IMG/VR virus record: IMGVR_UViG_3300030104_002862
Coordinates: 1-25,873 of that record
Direction: 5' to 3' (one strand)
DNA length: 25,873 nucleotides
From: a virus
Lineage: Duplodnaviria; Caudoviricetes
The notes under the pieces were generated by a model that worked only from the letters and a program-made list of their open reading frames with translations, was not told the DNA's origin and made no database searches. Below, piece after piece: positions 1 to 8,054 of this stretch; position 1 is the stretch's first letter; each line of letters starts with the position of its first letter. Made by a program: the position numbers and the translations under genes.

Positions 1-2
1 AA

Positions 3-905
3 TATGATGAGGCCGGTGCTGATGCCCTGCTGATACAGGCCAGTGTAGATGATGCACCTGTAGCGATTGTGTTGTCTGCCGATGCAAGTGCGGATGCCGG
101 TGACGACTGGAAAATCAACGCAGCTAACGGTGGCACATTGACATTCGGTAACGACATTGCATCAGCCGGGTCATTTGTAACTGGTCTAACTCTTACCCCA
201 CATGCTACAACCGCATCATGGTTGATGGATTTTGAAGGCGATGTAGACATAGGCGGTGACACGCTGAGTTTCAACTCTGCAGCTACGGTTGATACCTCTG
301 GCAACAATAACCTGACGCTAAGTGCAGGTACGGCTACGCTTGGAGTTACCGCCGGTGATGTCACGATCTACGATGACAATAATAACGCAGACACATCGCT
401 ATCTATCGGAACCTCGGCTACTGAGGCGTTGTTTATACAAGCCTTGAACGGTGGCTCAAACAAGACGTTAGAAGAGTTGCGTTTTACGACCAAGACGGCC
501 TCTGGCACAGGCGATCATGGTAAGATGACCTTTTATGTGGATGAAGCTGAAATTGCAACCATCGACGATGGCGGTATTGACATTGCATCGGGCAAAACAT
601 TCACCATAGACGGCACAGCAGTAGGTGGCCTATATAACGCATGGAGCGTCAAAACAAGCGGTTATACTGCCGTGTCTGGCGATCAGTTAATCGGTAACCA
701 TGCAAGCAGTGCATTCACCATTACCCTGCCATCGTCACCATCAGCAGGTGACACGGTGACTATTAAAAATGTTGGAGCAGCAACAGTAACCGTTGGGCGC
801 AATTCAGAGAAGATAAACTCACAGGCAGAAGATGGCACTTTATTCACCGATGCAGCAGTCCAGTGTGTATATGTGGACTCGACTATTGGTTGGACAACAC
901 TTTAA
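3..905 (+). CDS. Tail fibre / tail structural protein, 5'-truncated
   Basis: Frame is open from the window edge. G/T/A/D-rich beta-type sequence with a C-terminal 'AFTITLPSSPSAGDTVTIKN...TVGRN..KIN...VYVDSTIGW' module typical of phage tail proteins. Confidence 0.75.
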   Translation, partial: YDEAGADALLIQASVDDAPVAIVLSADASADAGDDWKINAANGGTLTFGNDIASAGSFVTGLTLTPHATTASWLMDFEGDVDIGGDTLSFNSAATVDTSGNNNLTLSAGTATLGVTAGDVTIYDDNNNADTSLSIGTSATEALFIQALNGGSNKTLEELRFTTKTASGTGDHGKMTFYVDEAEIATIDDGGIDIASGKTFTIDGTAVGGLYNAWSVKTSGYTAVSGDQLIGNHASSAFTITLPSSPSAGDTVTIKNVGAATVTVGRNSEKINSQAEDGTLFTDAAVQCVYVDSTIGWTTL

Positions 906-918
906 AGGATAAAATAGG

Positions 919-1905
919 ATGGCAATTTTAGGCAGCAAAACTGGTGACACTGGATTTCCAAATATATTGTGGCAGAAATCTACTACGTGGAGTCCAGCCA
1001 CTTCCATGGAGTGCATAGTCTACGTAATTGGAGGTGGTGGCAGTGGTGCAATATCAGCGGAAAACGCGAATTACTCTGCTACTGGGGCAGGTGCAGGTGC
1101 CACAGCAATTTCCAGACTGCGACTGAGTAGTAGTGTGACATATACGGTGACAGTGGGTGCTGGTGGCGCAGGTCACACGTCCGATGCACATCAGGCAGGT
1201 AACGCTGGTGCTAACTCTGGTTTTTCTGGTTCTGACATAACAGACATGACCGCAAATGGTGGAGCAGCAGGGGCGATACATTCAGGGGCTGGGGGTTCAG
1301 GTGGGGCAGGTGGCGCAGCAGGATCGACGGGCAATATCGCAAATTGGGCAGGTGGATCAGGTGGAACTACCACATCGACTCGGAGTTGCACTGGGGGTGG
1401 TGCCGTGGGCCTGTGGGCTACGGGCCTTACGCCAACCGAAGAATCAGGCACGGGTGACAATGGTTATCCGGTAGGCGGAAACCTGAGCCATTACGACAGG
1501 GGTGGAGTAACGCGAGAACCAACAAAGCCAACAGACTATTTGTATCCATTACCTGTTTCGCTCACGCCATTTCCAGAGTTGTTCACTTATCTGCAATCCG
1601 ATCAAAATGCCTACATCTCCAGCACCGATTATAATGATGCTCCGCTGACATATCAGGCCGGAATGCAGCATTTAGGTGAAGGCTTATTTCCGCAAGGTTT
1701 CACCACAAGCGCGATTCAGTTTTCTGCAATGCCGAGTCCTTTTATCGGAGGAAACGGCAATAAATCGTCTTATACGCACATCTATGGGTCGAAAGGTTGC
1801 ATGGGGTCTGGATCAGGAGCAATCGCGAGCAACGATACCACAATGGATGCGTACGCTGGCGCAGGTGGAAACGGAGCGGTCATGCTGTTTCCGATCACCT
1901 TATAA
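919..1905 (+). CDS. Glycine-rich tail fibre / receptor-binding protein
   Basis: 'VYVIGGGGSG...GAGAG...YTVTVGAGG...ANGG...GAGGNGAV' glycine-rich domain, located between the tail fibre and chaperone genes. Confidence 0.7.
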   Translation: MAILGSKTGDTGFPNILWQKSTTWSPATSMECIVYVIGGGGSGAISAENANYSATGAGAGATAISRLRLSSSVTYTVTVGAGGAGHTSDAHQAGNAGANSGFSGSDITDMTANGGAAGAIHSGAGGSGGAGGAAGSTGNIANWAGGSGGTTTSTRSCTGGGAVGLWATGLTPTEESGTGDNGYPVGGNLSHYDRGGVTREPTKPTDYLYPLPVSLTPFPELFTYLQSDQNAYISSTDYNDAPLTYQAGMQHLGEGLFPQGFTTSAIQFSAMPSPFIGGNGNKSSYTHIYGSKGCMGSGSGAIASNDTTMDAYAGAGGNGAVMLFPITL

Positions 1906-1919
1906 AGGACAATAAAATA

Positions 1920-2228
1920 ATGCCAAACTACAGAATTACGTATCCAGATAATACGACAAATATAATCGTAGCCGACGAAGATTTTTGTAAGACATATACG
2001 GCATCTGGTGGATCGTACGAATTAGTCGAACCCCCAGATCCTACAGACCGCGAATTAGAGCACCGCGCACGGATGTGGCGTGACAAACAGTTGGGTGCTA
2101 CGGATTTTATTGTGCCTTTGACAGACCATCCACAGCGTGATGCGTATCTATTATATAGGCAAGCACTTCGCCAATGGCCCGAAACTTCCGAGTTTCCATC
2201 AGGCACAAAGCCCACATTAGGTAGCTAA
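1920..2228 (+). CDS. Tail fibre assembly chaperone
   Basis: 'RMWRDKQLGATDF...YRQALRQWPETSEFP' motif. ATG at 1920 follows an AAGGA RBS, so the 1797 start in the ORF track is unlikely. Confidence 0.75.
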   Translation: MPNYRITYPDNTTNIIVADEDFCKTYTASGGSYELVEPPDPTDRELEHRARMWRDKQLGATDFIVPLTDHPQRDAYLLYRQALRQWPETSEFPSGTKPTLGS

Positions 2229-2233
2229 ACGCT

Positions 2234-2674
2234 ATGAGTCCGGCCAAGTATCCATCACCTGAGCAAATACCATCAGCAGAACGGCAACGGCGTTTGTACG
2301 TCGAGGCGGTAAAAGAGATCGAACATCTGCGTAAAATGGTGGCAAGTGAAAACATAGTCGCCAAGGAATATCGCAACGACCGCGATGAATTGAAGGGCGA
2401 ACTCAAACACGCCAAGCGATCTATTGTTACACTATCCAAACGGCAAAAAGCCGCTGACGAGTCGAAGAAAGCCGCTGCCTGGTCCGGCGGTGCAACGATT
2501 TGCGTAACCATCCTATATCAACTCTGGCATACCATCGGCTTTCCATTTGCGAGAAACGGTGCTGATAAAAAATGGATGGAGTTTTGGAACCATGAGGCGG
2601 TCTACGGGGTTATTGTATGGCTTATGACGGTCACGTTTGCTGAAGTCTATAAGGCGACCAACGGTAGCAAATAA
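2234..2674 (+). CDS. Coiled-coil protein with two C-terminal hydrophobic segments (possible lysis/membrane protein)
   Basis: Heptad-like charged N-terminal half plus two putative TM helices. Confidence 0.5.
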   Translation: MSPAKYPSPEQIPSAERQRRLYVEAVKEIEHLRKMVASENIVAKEYRNDRDELKGELKHAKRSIVTLSKRQKAADESKKAAAWSGGATICVTILYQLWHTIGFPFARNGADKKWMEFWNHEAVYGVIVWLMTVTFAEVYKATNGSK

Positions 2675-2675
2675 A

Positions 2676-2804
2676 ATGAACCGCTTTTGGTCGTGGTTAG
2701 AAAAATTGTTGAACCGAAAGCGTCTTAAAGACAAGCGTTCACCAAAGGCGCGAATGGCAAAAAAGAATGGAAAAAGAAGCCGCAGAAGCGTTACAAAGAT
2801 TTAG
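2676..2804 (+). CDS. Small basic peptide (42 aa, MNRFWSWLEKLLNRKRLK...)
   Basis: Hand-translated. Starts just after the upstream stop, fills the gap and overlaps the next gene. Confidence 0.4.
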   Translation: MNRFWSWLEKLLNRKRLKDKRSPKARMAKKNGKRSRRSVTKI

Positions 2805-3162
2805 TGAACAGTCCGGTATCGGTCTGCTTATAGAACAGTATTCTTGGCTGTTTGTGGTTGGGTTTGCGCTCTTGTTTTTGAAAAACTCAATAGAGAATAT
2901 ACTGGCCGGATGCGCGGTGTTTTTTGGCAGTAAATATGACGAGAATCAGACATGTTGGATACAGGTAGGCGGTGATCGAAGACCGGCAAGAATTAGCAAA
3001 ACAGCAATAACGACTACCACGTTTTACGTGTATGAGACAGACGAGGCTGGAGCCATCATAGGTGGCACGTTACTGAGTGTGGCAAACAACGAATTAGGAT
3101 CGTTACGCATCGAACGACAACTCGACAAATTGGATTTAGGCACATCTAACAAAGGAGGCTAA
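2767..3162 (+). CDS. Membrane protein resembling the MscS TM3 + beta domain
   Basis: 'GFALLFLKNSIENILAGCAVFF...WIQVGG...ISKTAITTT...LLSVANNEL' parallels the MscS pattern GFALQxxLxNxxAG...WIxxGG...IxxRST...IPNxxL. Confidence 0.5.
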   Translation: MEKEAAEALQRFSEQSGIGLLIEQYSWLFVVGFALLFLKNSIENILAGCAVFFGSKYDENQTCWIQVGGDRRPARISKTAITTTTFYVYETDEAGAIIGGTLLSVANNELGSLRIERQLDKLDLGTSNKGG

Positions 3163-3163
3163 C

Positions 3164-3271
3164 ATGCCAATGGTAAAAGGTCAGAAATATCCATATACTG
3201 CAAAAGGTAAAAAAGCTGCTGCTAAAGCTAAAAACAAAGCCAAGCCAAAGAGCAAAAAACGAGGTCGCTAA
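3164..3271 (+). CDS. Small Lys-rich protein (35 aa, MPMVKGQKYPYTAKGKKAAAKAK...)
   Basis: GGAGG RBS and TAATG coupling to the next gene. Not in the ORF track (<60 aa). Confidence 0.75.
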   Translation: MPMVKGQKYPYTAKGKKAAAKAKNKAKPKSKKRGR

Positions 3272-3429
3272 TGCCAGCAAAAAAATTAACGACACGGCAG
3301 CAAAATGCACTGAGCAGACATGCCAAACATCACACCGCAAAACACATGGCTGAGATGCGGAAATCAATGAGAGCAGGATCAACATTCACTGCTGCTCACA
3401 AAAAAGCAATGGGCAAGGTCGGTCGCTGA
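3271..3429 (+). CDS. Small basic His-rich protein (52 aa, MPAKKLTTRQQNALSRHAKHH...)
   Basis: Translationally coupled at both ends (TAATG, TGATG). Confidence 0.75.
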   Translation: MPAKKLTTRQQNALSRHAKHHTAKHMAEMRKSMRAGSTFTAAHKKAMGKVGR

Positions 3430-3716
3430 TGCCAGCAAAACGAGATCCGAAACTTGCAAGAGCAGGGGTCAGCGCCTACAACAAACCCAAGCGAACGCCT
3501 AACCACAAAACCAAGTCGCATGTGGTAGTGGCTAAGTCGGGCGGTCAAACCAAAACCATTCGATTCGGGCAACAAGGTGTCAGGGGGGCCGGTAAAAACC
3601 CTACGTCAGCAAAGCAAAAAGCACGGCGTAAATCCTACTACGCGAGACACAATGCTCAAGACTCTAAACCATCTAAAATGTCGGCTCGTTATTGGTCGCA
3701 TAAAACGAAGTGGTGA
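3429..3716 (+). CDS. Basic hypothetical phage protein (95 aa)
   Basis: Coupled start. 'KTIRFGQQG...RRKSYYARH...SARYWS..KW' looks like a conserved phage family of unknown function. Confidence 0.75.
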   Translation: MPAKRDPKLARAGVSAYNKPKRTPNHKTKSHVVVAKSGGQTKTIRFGQQGVRGAGKNPTSAKQKARRKSYYARHNAQDSKPSKMSARYWSHKTKW

Positions 3717-3719
3717 TCT

Positions 3720-3869
3720 ATGGCTAAACGAGGACTATACGCGAATATCCATGCCAAACGTAAGCGCATAGCCGGTGGGTCGGGTGAGAAGATGCGTAAA
3801 CCCGGCACTAAAGGTGCGCCTACTGCAAAGGCATTTCGTGCAAGCAAAAAGACAGCAAAAAAACGATAG
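3720..3869 (+). CDS. Small basic protein (49 aa, MAKRGLYANIHAKRKRI...)
   Basis: Hand-translated; tiles the gap in the operon and is K/R-rich. Confidence 0.75.
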   Translation: MAKRGLYANIHAKRKRIAGGSGEKMRKPGTKGAPTAKAFRASKKTAKKR

Positions 3870-3899
3870 AGAAACTCAACTAACCCACAGGAGAGGAAG

Positions 3900-4100
3900 A
3901 TGACCGAATCGGCTGTTGTAAACAAAATCGACGAGCTAACAAACAACCGTCAGGAAGCGCTCCAGATGCTCCAGGAGGCGCAAACAAAAGTCACGGAACT
4001 GAACGCCCTGATACAACGTCAAAGCGGCGCAATAACGGCACTGGAGAGCCTACAAGAGGATGCCAGTGCGGAAAGCGAAAACGATGAAACTTCTGAATGA
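3900..4100 (+). CDS. Small acidic coiled-coil protein
   Basis: AGGAGAGG RBS and heptad pattern. Confidence 0.65.
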   Translation: MTESAVVNKIDELTNNRQEALQMLQEAQTKVTELNALIQRQSGAITALESLQEDASAESENDETSE

Positions 4101-4254
4101 TTTGAAAGAAAAATTAGGTAGCCGAAAACTCGGCGTAACCGCTGCCATCACAGCAGCAGCCGGAACCGGTGCCGTTGAGGTCACATGGCCCATCGCTCTG
4201 GTAGCCGCAGCGTATGTGCTGGGTCAAGCCTATGTAGATGCCCACGCTAAATAA
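4084..4254 (+). CDS. Putative holin
   Basis: 56 aa, 'KLGSRKL' followed by two hydrophobic segments and 'YVLGQAYVD'. Last gene of the late operon. Confidence 0.55.
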   Translation: MKLLNDLKEKLGSRKLGVTAAITAAAGTGAVEVTWPIALVAAAYVLGQAYVDAHAK

Positions 4255-4259
4255 CAAAT

Positions 4260-4322
4260 GGCCGTGCCGGGCTTTAACTTCTTGTGGCGATTCGTGTGGG
4301 TGTTGCCACGCCCGGTGCGGCT
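4260..4322 (+). terminator. Compound stem-loop between convergent genes
   Basis: GCCGTGCCGGGC/GCCCGGTGCGGC outer stem and GTGGCGA/TTGCCAC inner stem. G-U pairs favour the + strand. Confidence 0.5.
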
Positions 4323-4328
4323 CTTGTG

Positions 4329-5588
4329 TTAGGCTCGTTTTGTAGCTTTTAGTTTTGGCTTTGGGTTATTCGCAATGCCATTAAGCAGTTGCATTTCTTC
4401 CTGATTACGCTTGGCCGATTCGTGGCGATAGCGACGTAACATAGTTATAGAGTTCCACCCACCTATATCCATCAAGACAGAATCACGCATACCCCTATCT
4501 GATCCATCGGTAGCAAACAGATGTCGCATCATGTGGCGATTGACCTTTTTGATTGTCCACCGATCCTCGCCTTTGAGATGCTTAGTATCTTCTAAAAGTT
4601 GACCGACGGCACGTTTAAGCGTGTTATATATATTGATAGGCGGTATGATTAGATCGTCCAGGTTTTCATCGGACGGCCAAAAGATCGTAGGCACTTTGTG
4701 ACCGCTTTTCTCTTTCACCCAAGAACTGCCACCGCGTAAGTCGTCGAGCGTGGGTCTTACGTAGTCATTCATTGGTATCTTACGACCCCTTGATGCTTTT
4801 TCTTTACTTGGTCGGATCACGATAACATTTTCCGTCCAATCTATATCTCGCCATACGAGGCTATGTAGCTCACCGGCCCGCATTCCGGTATATCGCATCA
4901 GGCTCATTATCAGCGAAACATACGGGGGCAAATACCCGAGTAGCTGGTCAAACTTTGTTTGAGTGGGCAAATCCTTTTCATCGACCAGTTCATCTACATG
5001 GTCTACCTCGTCCATCGGCCAACGTGCGATGTAGTTTTTCTCTTCGGCCAAATGTAACACACAACTGAAAAATGATTTATGGCGATTACGGGTGCTGGGT
5101 GTCCATCCACCGTCTAACCCTCTTACGCCTTTTTTCGACATCTTGGTCAACCATTTTGTGATGTCCAATGCAGTGATTGATGCTACAGGTTGGTGTCCAA
5201 AATCAGCGCAAATGGTTCGTGCAAATGACTGCTCACCTTTAACCGTAGCAGCACTCTTTTCGGTCACGGCCTTAAGGCGACGCTTACGCAACTTCTTCGT
5301 GTTTTGCGTTTCGCCATTGAAGTATTCTTCAGTCACTTGGGCAAAGGTCACGCCTCTGTTTTTTTTTACCTCTTTGACTTTTTTAAGTGTGCCACCTTCT
5401 AAAGCGTCGTTGATTTCTTTTGCTTTTTTACGAGCCATTCTTAATGTTGTACACCGTAGGCTTTGTGACACTTGTTTACCAGTAACGCGGTCTGTATACT
5501 GACAATGCCAATATTTTCCTTCGCCTTTTTGAGTGCGCTTGAAATAAGCAACATTGCCTTCGTGGTATCGTTTTGCTGGTTTATTCAT
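4329..5588 (-). CDS. int: Tyrosine integrase
   Basis: Catalytic R (TGMRAGE), HxxR (HMMRH), W (IGGW) and Y (RRY). Basic N-terminal arm-binding-like domain; adjacent to attP. Confidence 0.92.
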   Translation of the reverse strand: MNKPAKRYHEGNVAYFKRTQKGEGKYWHCQYTDRVTGKQVSQSLRCTTLRMARKKAKEINDALEGGTLKKVKEVKKNRGVTFAQVTEEYFNGETQNTKKLRKRRLKAVTEKSAATVKGEQSFARTICADFGHQPVASITALDITKWLTKMSKKGVRGLDGGWTPSTRNRHKSFFSCVLHLAEEKNYIARWPMDEVDHVDELVDEKDLPTQTKFDQLLGYLPPYVSLIMSLMRYTGMRAGELHSLVWRDIDWTENVIVIRPSKEKASRGRKIPMNDYVRPTLDDLRGGSSWVKEKSGHKVPTIFWPSDENLDDLIIPPINIYNTLKRAVGQLLEDTKHLKGEDRWTIKKVNRHMMRHLFATDGSDRGMRDSVLMDIGGWNSITMLRRYRHESAKRNQEEMQLLNGIANNPKPKLKATKRA

Positions 5589-5651
5589 CTCCTTAATATC
5601 TCCTTAGTGCAATGCTCATTTGGCATAGTTTTGTGTAGTTTTGTGTAGTTC

Positions 5652-5680
5652 AATATACTACATTTAACACTACTATACAA
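5652..5680 (-). promoter_or_regulatory. Candidate sigma70 promoter for int
   Basis: TTGTAT-17 nt-TATATT on the - strand. Confidence 0.5.
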
Positions 5681-5735
5681 GCATTAAACACGTAAGTCGT
5701 TGTTTTTGTTGTGTTGGTCACATTGCCCTTGTACG

Positions 5736-5782
5736 GACTTTTAATCAATTGGTCGCGCGTTCGATTCGCGCCGGGCTCACCA
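5736..5782 (+). tRNA. 3' half of tRNA-Lys(UUU) (attP core, not a full tRNA)
   Basis: GACTTTTAATCAATTGGTC, T-arm GCGCG-TTCGATT-CGCGC, acceptor 3' strand and ACCA. No D-arm or 5' acceptor strand. Confidence 0.9.
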
Positions 5783-5783
5783 T

Positions 5784-5823
5784 AAAAAACAACCACTTAC
5801 GTCAATTCGTAGGTGGTTGTTTT
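5784..5823 (+). terminator. Intrinsic terminator downstream of the tRNA fragment
   Basis: AAAACAACCACTTACG / CGTAGGTGGTTGTTTT stem with A/T flanks. Confidence 0.7.
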
Positions 5824-5866
5824 GGTTTAAATATGCGCTATCTCCTTAATATCTCCTTAATGCGTG

Positions 5867-6061
5867 TCATTCTAACTGGTCAATCCGTTCGTTTATGAAT
5901 CGTTCAATATCGGTGCGTTTGTAGCGAGTTGAGCGCCCAATTTTAATAAATTTTAATTTGCCCGTTGCTTTTAATGCGTATACATGGCTTTCCGAAATCG
6001 ACAACATCTCTGCCACTTCCGGCACGGTCAGCAACTTGAGTTGGTCTGTTTTATCTGTCAT
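5867..6061 (-). CDS. xis: Excisionase-type HTH protein
   Basis: 'LLTVPEVAEMLSISESHVY...GKLKFIKIGRSTRY' next to attP. ATG at 6061 has a GGAG RBS. Confidence 0.8.
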   Translation of the reverse strand: MTDKTDQLKLLTVPEVAEMLSISESHVYALKATGKLKFIKIGRSTRYKRTDIERFINERIDQLE

Positions 6062-6063
6062 AA

Positions 6064-6852
6064 TCACTCCAAAGCGCAACCGCATCCGCCCCAGTCAAAC
6101 TGGTCAAACAGATCGGGCTGCTTTTCAATGCGCTCACGAAAAGCGCGTAATGATAGGGGGGTTGTTTTGTTGTTTCGACGGTCACGTAAAATGGTGGCAT
6201 TCTCGCTACCGATCTTACGTGCTACTTCTTGCTCTTTTTCTTCGTGCTGCTTGTAGCGTTCTGGAAAGTGCCTTAGTAATAAACGAAACTGAGCTTGTCC
6301 GGCTTTCACGCAAAACCCACCACAGTTATTATGTGGAAAGCCAAGCTCATAGAGGCGTGGTGGCTTGATGCCTTCTTTTGCCAACCAGTCGATCATGTCA
6401 CCTTTGTTTAAAAACGGTTCCTCACACATCGGTGCTTGTATGAACCAGTCACCAACTCGTTCTTTCACGCGGTCTAAGCGGTGCTGTTCCGTCCAGTCTA
6501 TGCCGTAATACAGCACGGTGTGTTTGGGGTCGCAGTGTTCGTCTCGCCACGCATCCATAAACTCACGTTTGAGTATTCTTGAACATGGGTCAATGCGTGA
6601 GTTGCCGATATATTTTACATCTTCAAACACTTGCCAAACGTCGCGCCCTTCGGTGATTCGCACGAAATCTACTTCGCAATATTGTTTAATGTTTTCTACG
6701 CTTTCGTCTAAAAATCTGTATAGATCCTCGTCTTCGATTAAGGTGTCAGCAAATAGAAGGGTTAGTATGTCTACATGACCCTGAACAGATAACCTCCGTG
6801 CCGCTGCCCACGACCCCACGCCACCCGAATAATACACAAGGTGGTCGATCAC
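6064..6852 (-). CDS. PAPS-reductase-like (PP-loop) protein with Cys cluster
   Basis: 'YYSGGVGSW', 'LFADT', 'DPCSRILK', 'LGFPHNNCGGFCVKAG' and a C-terminal CGC. Confidence 0.75.
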   Translation of the reverse strand: MIDHLVYYSGGVGSWAAARRLSVQGHVDILTLLFADTLIEDEDLYRFLDESVENIKQYCEVDFVRITEGRDVWQVFEDVKYIGNSRIDPCSRILKREFMDAWRDEHCDPKHTVLYYGIDWTEQHRLDRVKERVGDWFIQAPMCEEPFLNKGDMIDWLAKEGIKPPRLYELGFPHNNCGGFCVKAGQAQFRLLLRHFPERYKQHEEKEQEVARKIGSENATILRDRRNNKTTPLSLRAFRERIEKQPDLFDQFDWGGCGCALE

Positions 6853-7112
6853 TCGCTCTTCTCCAGGACAACCGTTCGATAACGGTCACTTAGCGCGACT
6901 CTTGGCCCGTATGCCAGATGACCCTTCTTCTGCAAACGGTTTATCTGGGTGGATACGCTGAACGTAGACTTGAGTCCAAGCTCTTCGCATATCTGCCTAA
7001 TGGTCGGTGTGCGATTGTGTTCCTCTAAGTGTCGCCGTATGACATCAAGCACCCGTTGTTGCGCCGGAGTGATGGGCGTGTTGTGCGTATCTCTAAATTG
7101 TCTTTTATCCAT
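6849..7112 (-). CDS. LexA N-terminal-like DNA-binding protein (no peptidase domain)
   Basis: 'TPAQQRVLDVIRRHLEEHNRTPTIRQICEELGLKSTFSV...L.KKGHL'. Confidence 0.8.
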   Translation of the reverse strand: MDKRQFRDTHNTPITPAQQRVLDVIRRHLEEHNRTPTIRQICEELGLKSTFSVSTQINRLQKKGHLAYGPRVALSDRYRTVVLEKSE

Positions 7113-7114
7113 TG

Positions 7115-7381
7115 TTAGTCCTTTTGTAATGTTTGGTCGAGTGCAACAAGCGCACGTTTACCGTTTTTTTCTAATTCTTTTCTTTCATTTCTACTTACTT
7201 GTAACAATTCATTAAATACCCACTGCTCGTAGTCAGCATGACCCCGTGCAGCACTGAGCAAAATGTCACGCAGTTCTTTCTTTGCTTTTTCAAAATCAGG
7301 ATAGGTAAGCGTTAGGCGTTTATTTAGTCTCCGATTAAGTTTTATCAGCATCTTTATATGTTGACCGTTTACCCCTGCCAT
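7115..7381 (-). CDS. Hypothetical protein
   Basis: Tiles the operon; GGAG RBS. Confidence 0.6.
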   Translation of the reverse strand: MAGVNGQHIKMLIKLNRRLNKRLTLTYPDFEKAKKELRDILLSAARGHADYEQWVFNELLQVSRNERKELEKNGKRALVALDQTLQKD

Positions 7382-7383
7382 TT

Positions 7384-7626
7384 TTACTCCATTTCTGTAA
7401 CGGATCTATATTGAATTTCTCCGTCTATGTGGTTTCGGATTTTTTCTATGTCATCTTCATCAAGTTTTGTTGTGATGTCCTCGTTGTTCCATACCACTTT
7501 TATGTCACCGCTAAACTGGCACTCACCCGGCTCGTCAAAACGGGCATCGCGGTTCTCGCCTAAAACTTGAGCGGTCACCTCAACCACAATTACCATTTCA
7601 TGCTCCAGTATTATTTCATTTGGCAT
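7384..7626 (-). CDS. Acidic hypothetical protein
   Basis: Tiles the operon. Confidence 0.6.
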   Translation of the reverse strand: MPNEIILEHEMVIVVEVTAQVLGENRDARFDEPGECQFSGDIKVVWNNEDITTKLDEDDIEKIRNHIDGEIQYRSVTEME

Positions 7627-8054
7627 AGGATGTCCGATTGTTTATTAAGCGCGTCCACCACGTCTTCGTGCAGCATTTCTAAATCGATCAGTATGGACGT
7701 TGTATAAGGAAAATTTGTGCTGGTGTGCCACGATACTTTTATTTCCGCATCTGACGTAACATAGAGCGACATGTAACGCGATGGATAGGGTTCCTTAAGG
7801 AATCGGGCAATACCGTGGTTTAATAACTCTGCTTTTTTTGCAATCGCCGGTGTGCTTACACCAAGATTGTCCAAGTGCCATGCCAGTAACACGCTCACCA
7901 AATTGTATATGCTGTAACGGCGCGTATTGCCTATGCCCGGATGTTGGTCTACTAATTCTACAATTTGCAATTCGGTGTAGTATTTAATGGTTCGCATTGG
8001 AATGCTAAACATTTCGGAAACTTGTTTCGTGTCGAGTATGGGTAGGTTATGCAT
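7611..8054 (-). CDS. MerR-family HTH protein
   Basis: 'TKQVSEMFSIPMRTIKYY...GNTRRYS..NL...L..LGVS...I'. Confidence 0.7.
   Translation of the reverse strand: MHNLPILDTKQVSEMFSIPMRTIKYYTELQIVELVDQHPGIGNTRRYSIYNLVSVLLAWHLDNLGVSTPAIAKKAELLNHGIARFLKEPYPSRYMSLYVTSDAEIKVSWHTSTNFPYTTSILIDLEMLHEDVVDALNKQSDILCQMK

Larger units (their letters stand above)
5587..5861. other. attP region (tRNA-derived core, arm-type repeats, accessory sites)
   Basis: ATCTCCTTAATATCTCCTTA at 5587-5606 and 5840-5859 flanks the tRNA fragment. TAGTTTTGTG tandem at 5626-5650. Confidence 0.85.

Noticed and set aside
3-1905. Diversity-generating retroelement or shufflon acting on tail genes
   Set aside because: No reverse transcriptase, template/variable repeat pair or inverted tail cassettes were seen in the window.
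5700-5790. Complete phage tRNA gene
   Set aside because: The 5' acceptor strand and D-arm are absent; it is an att core.
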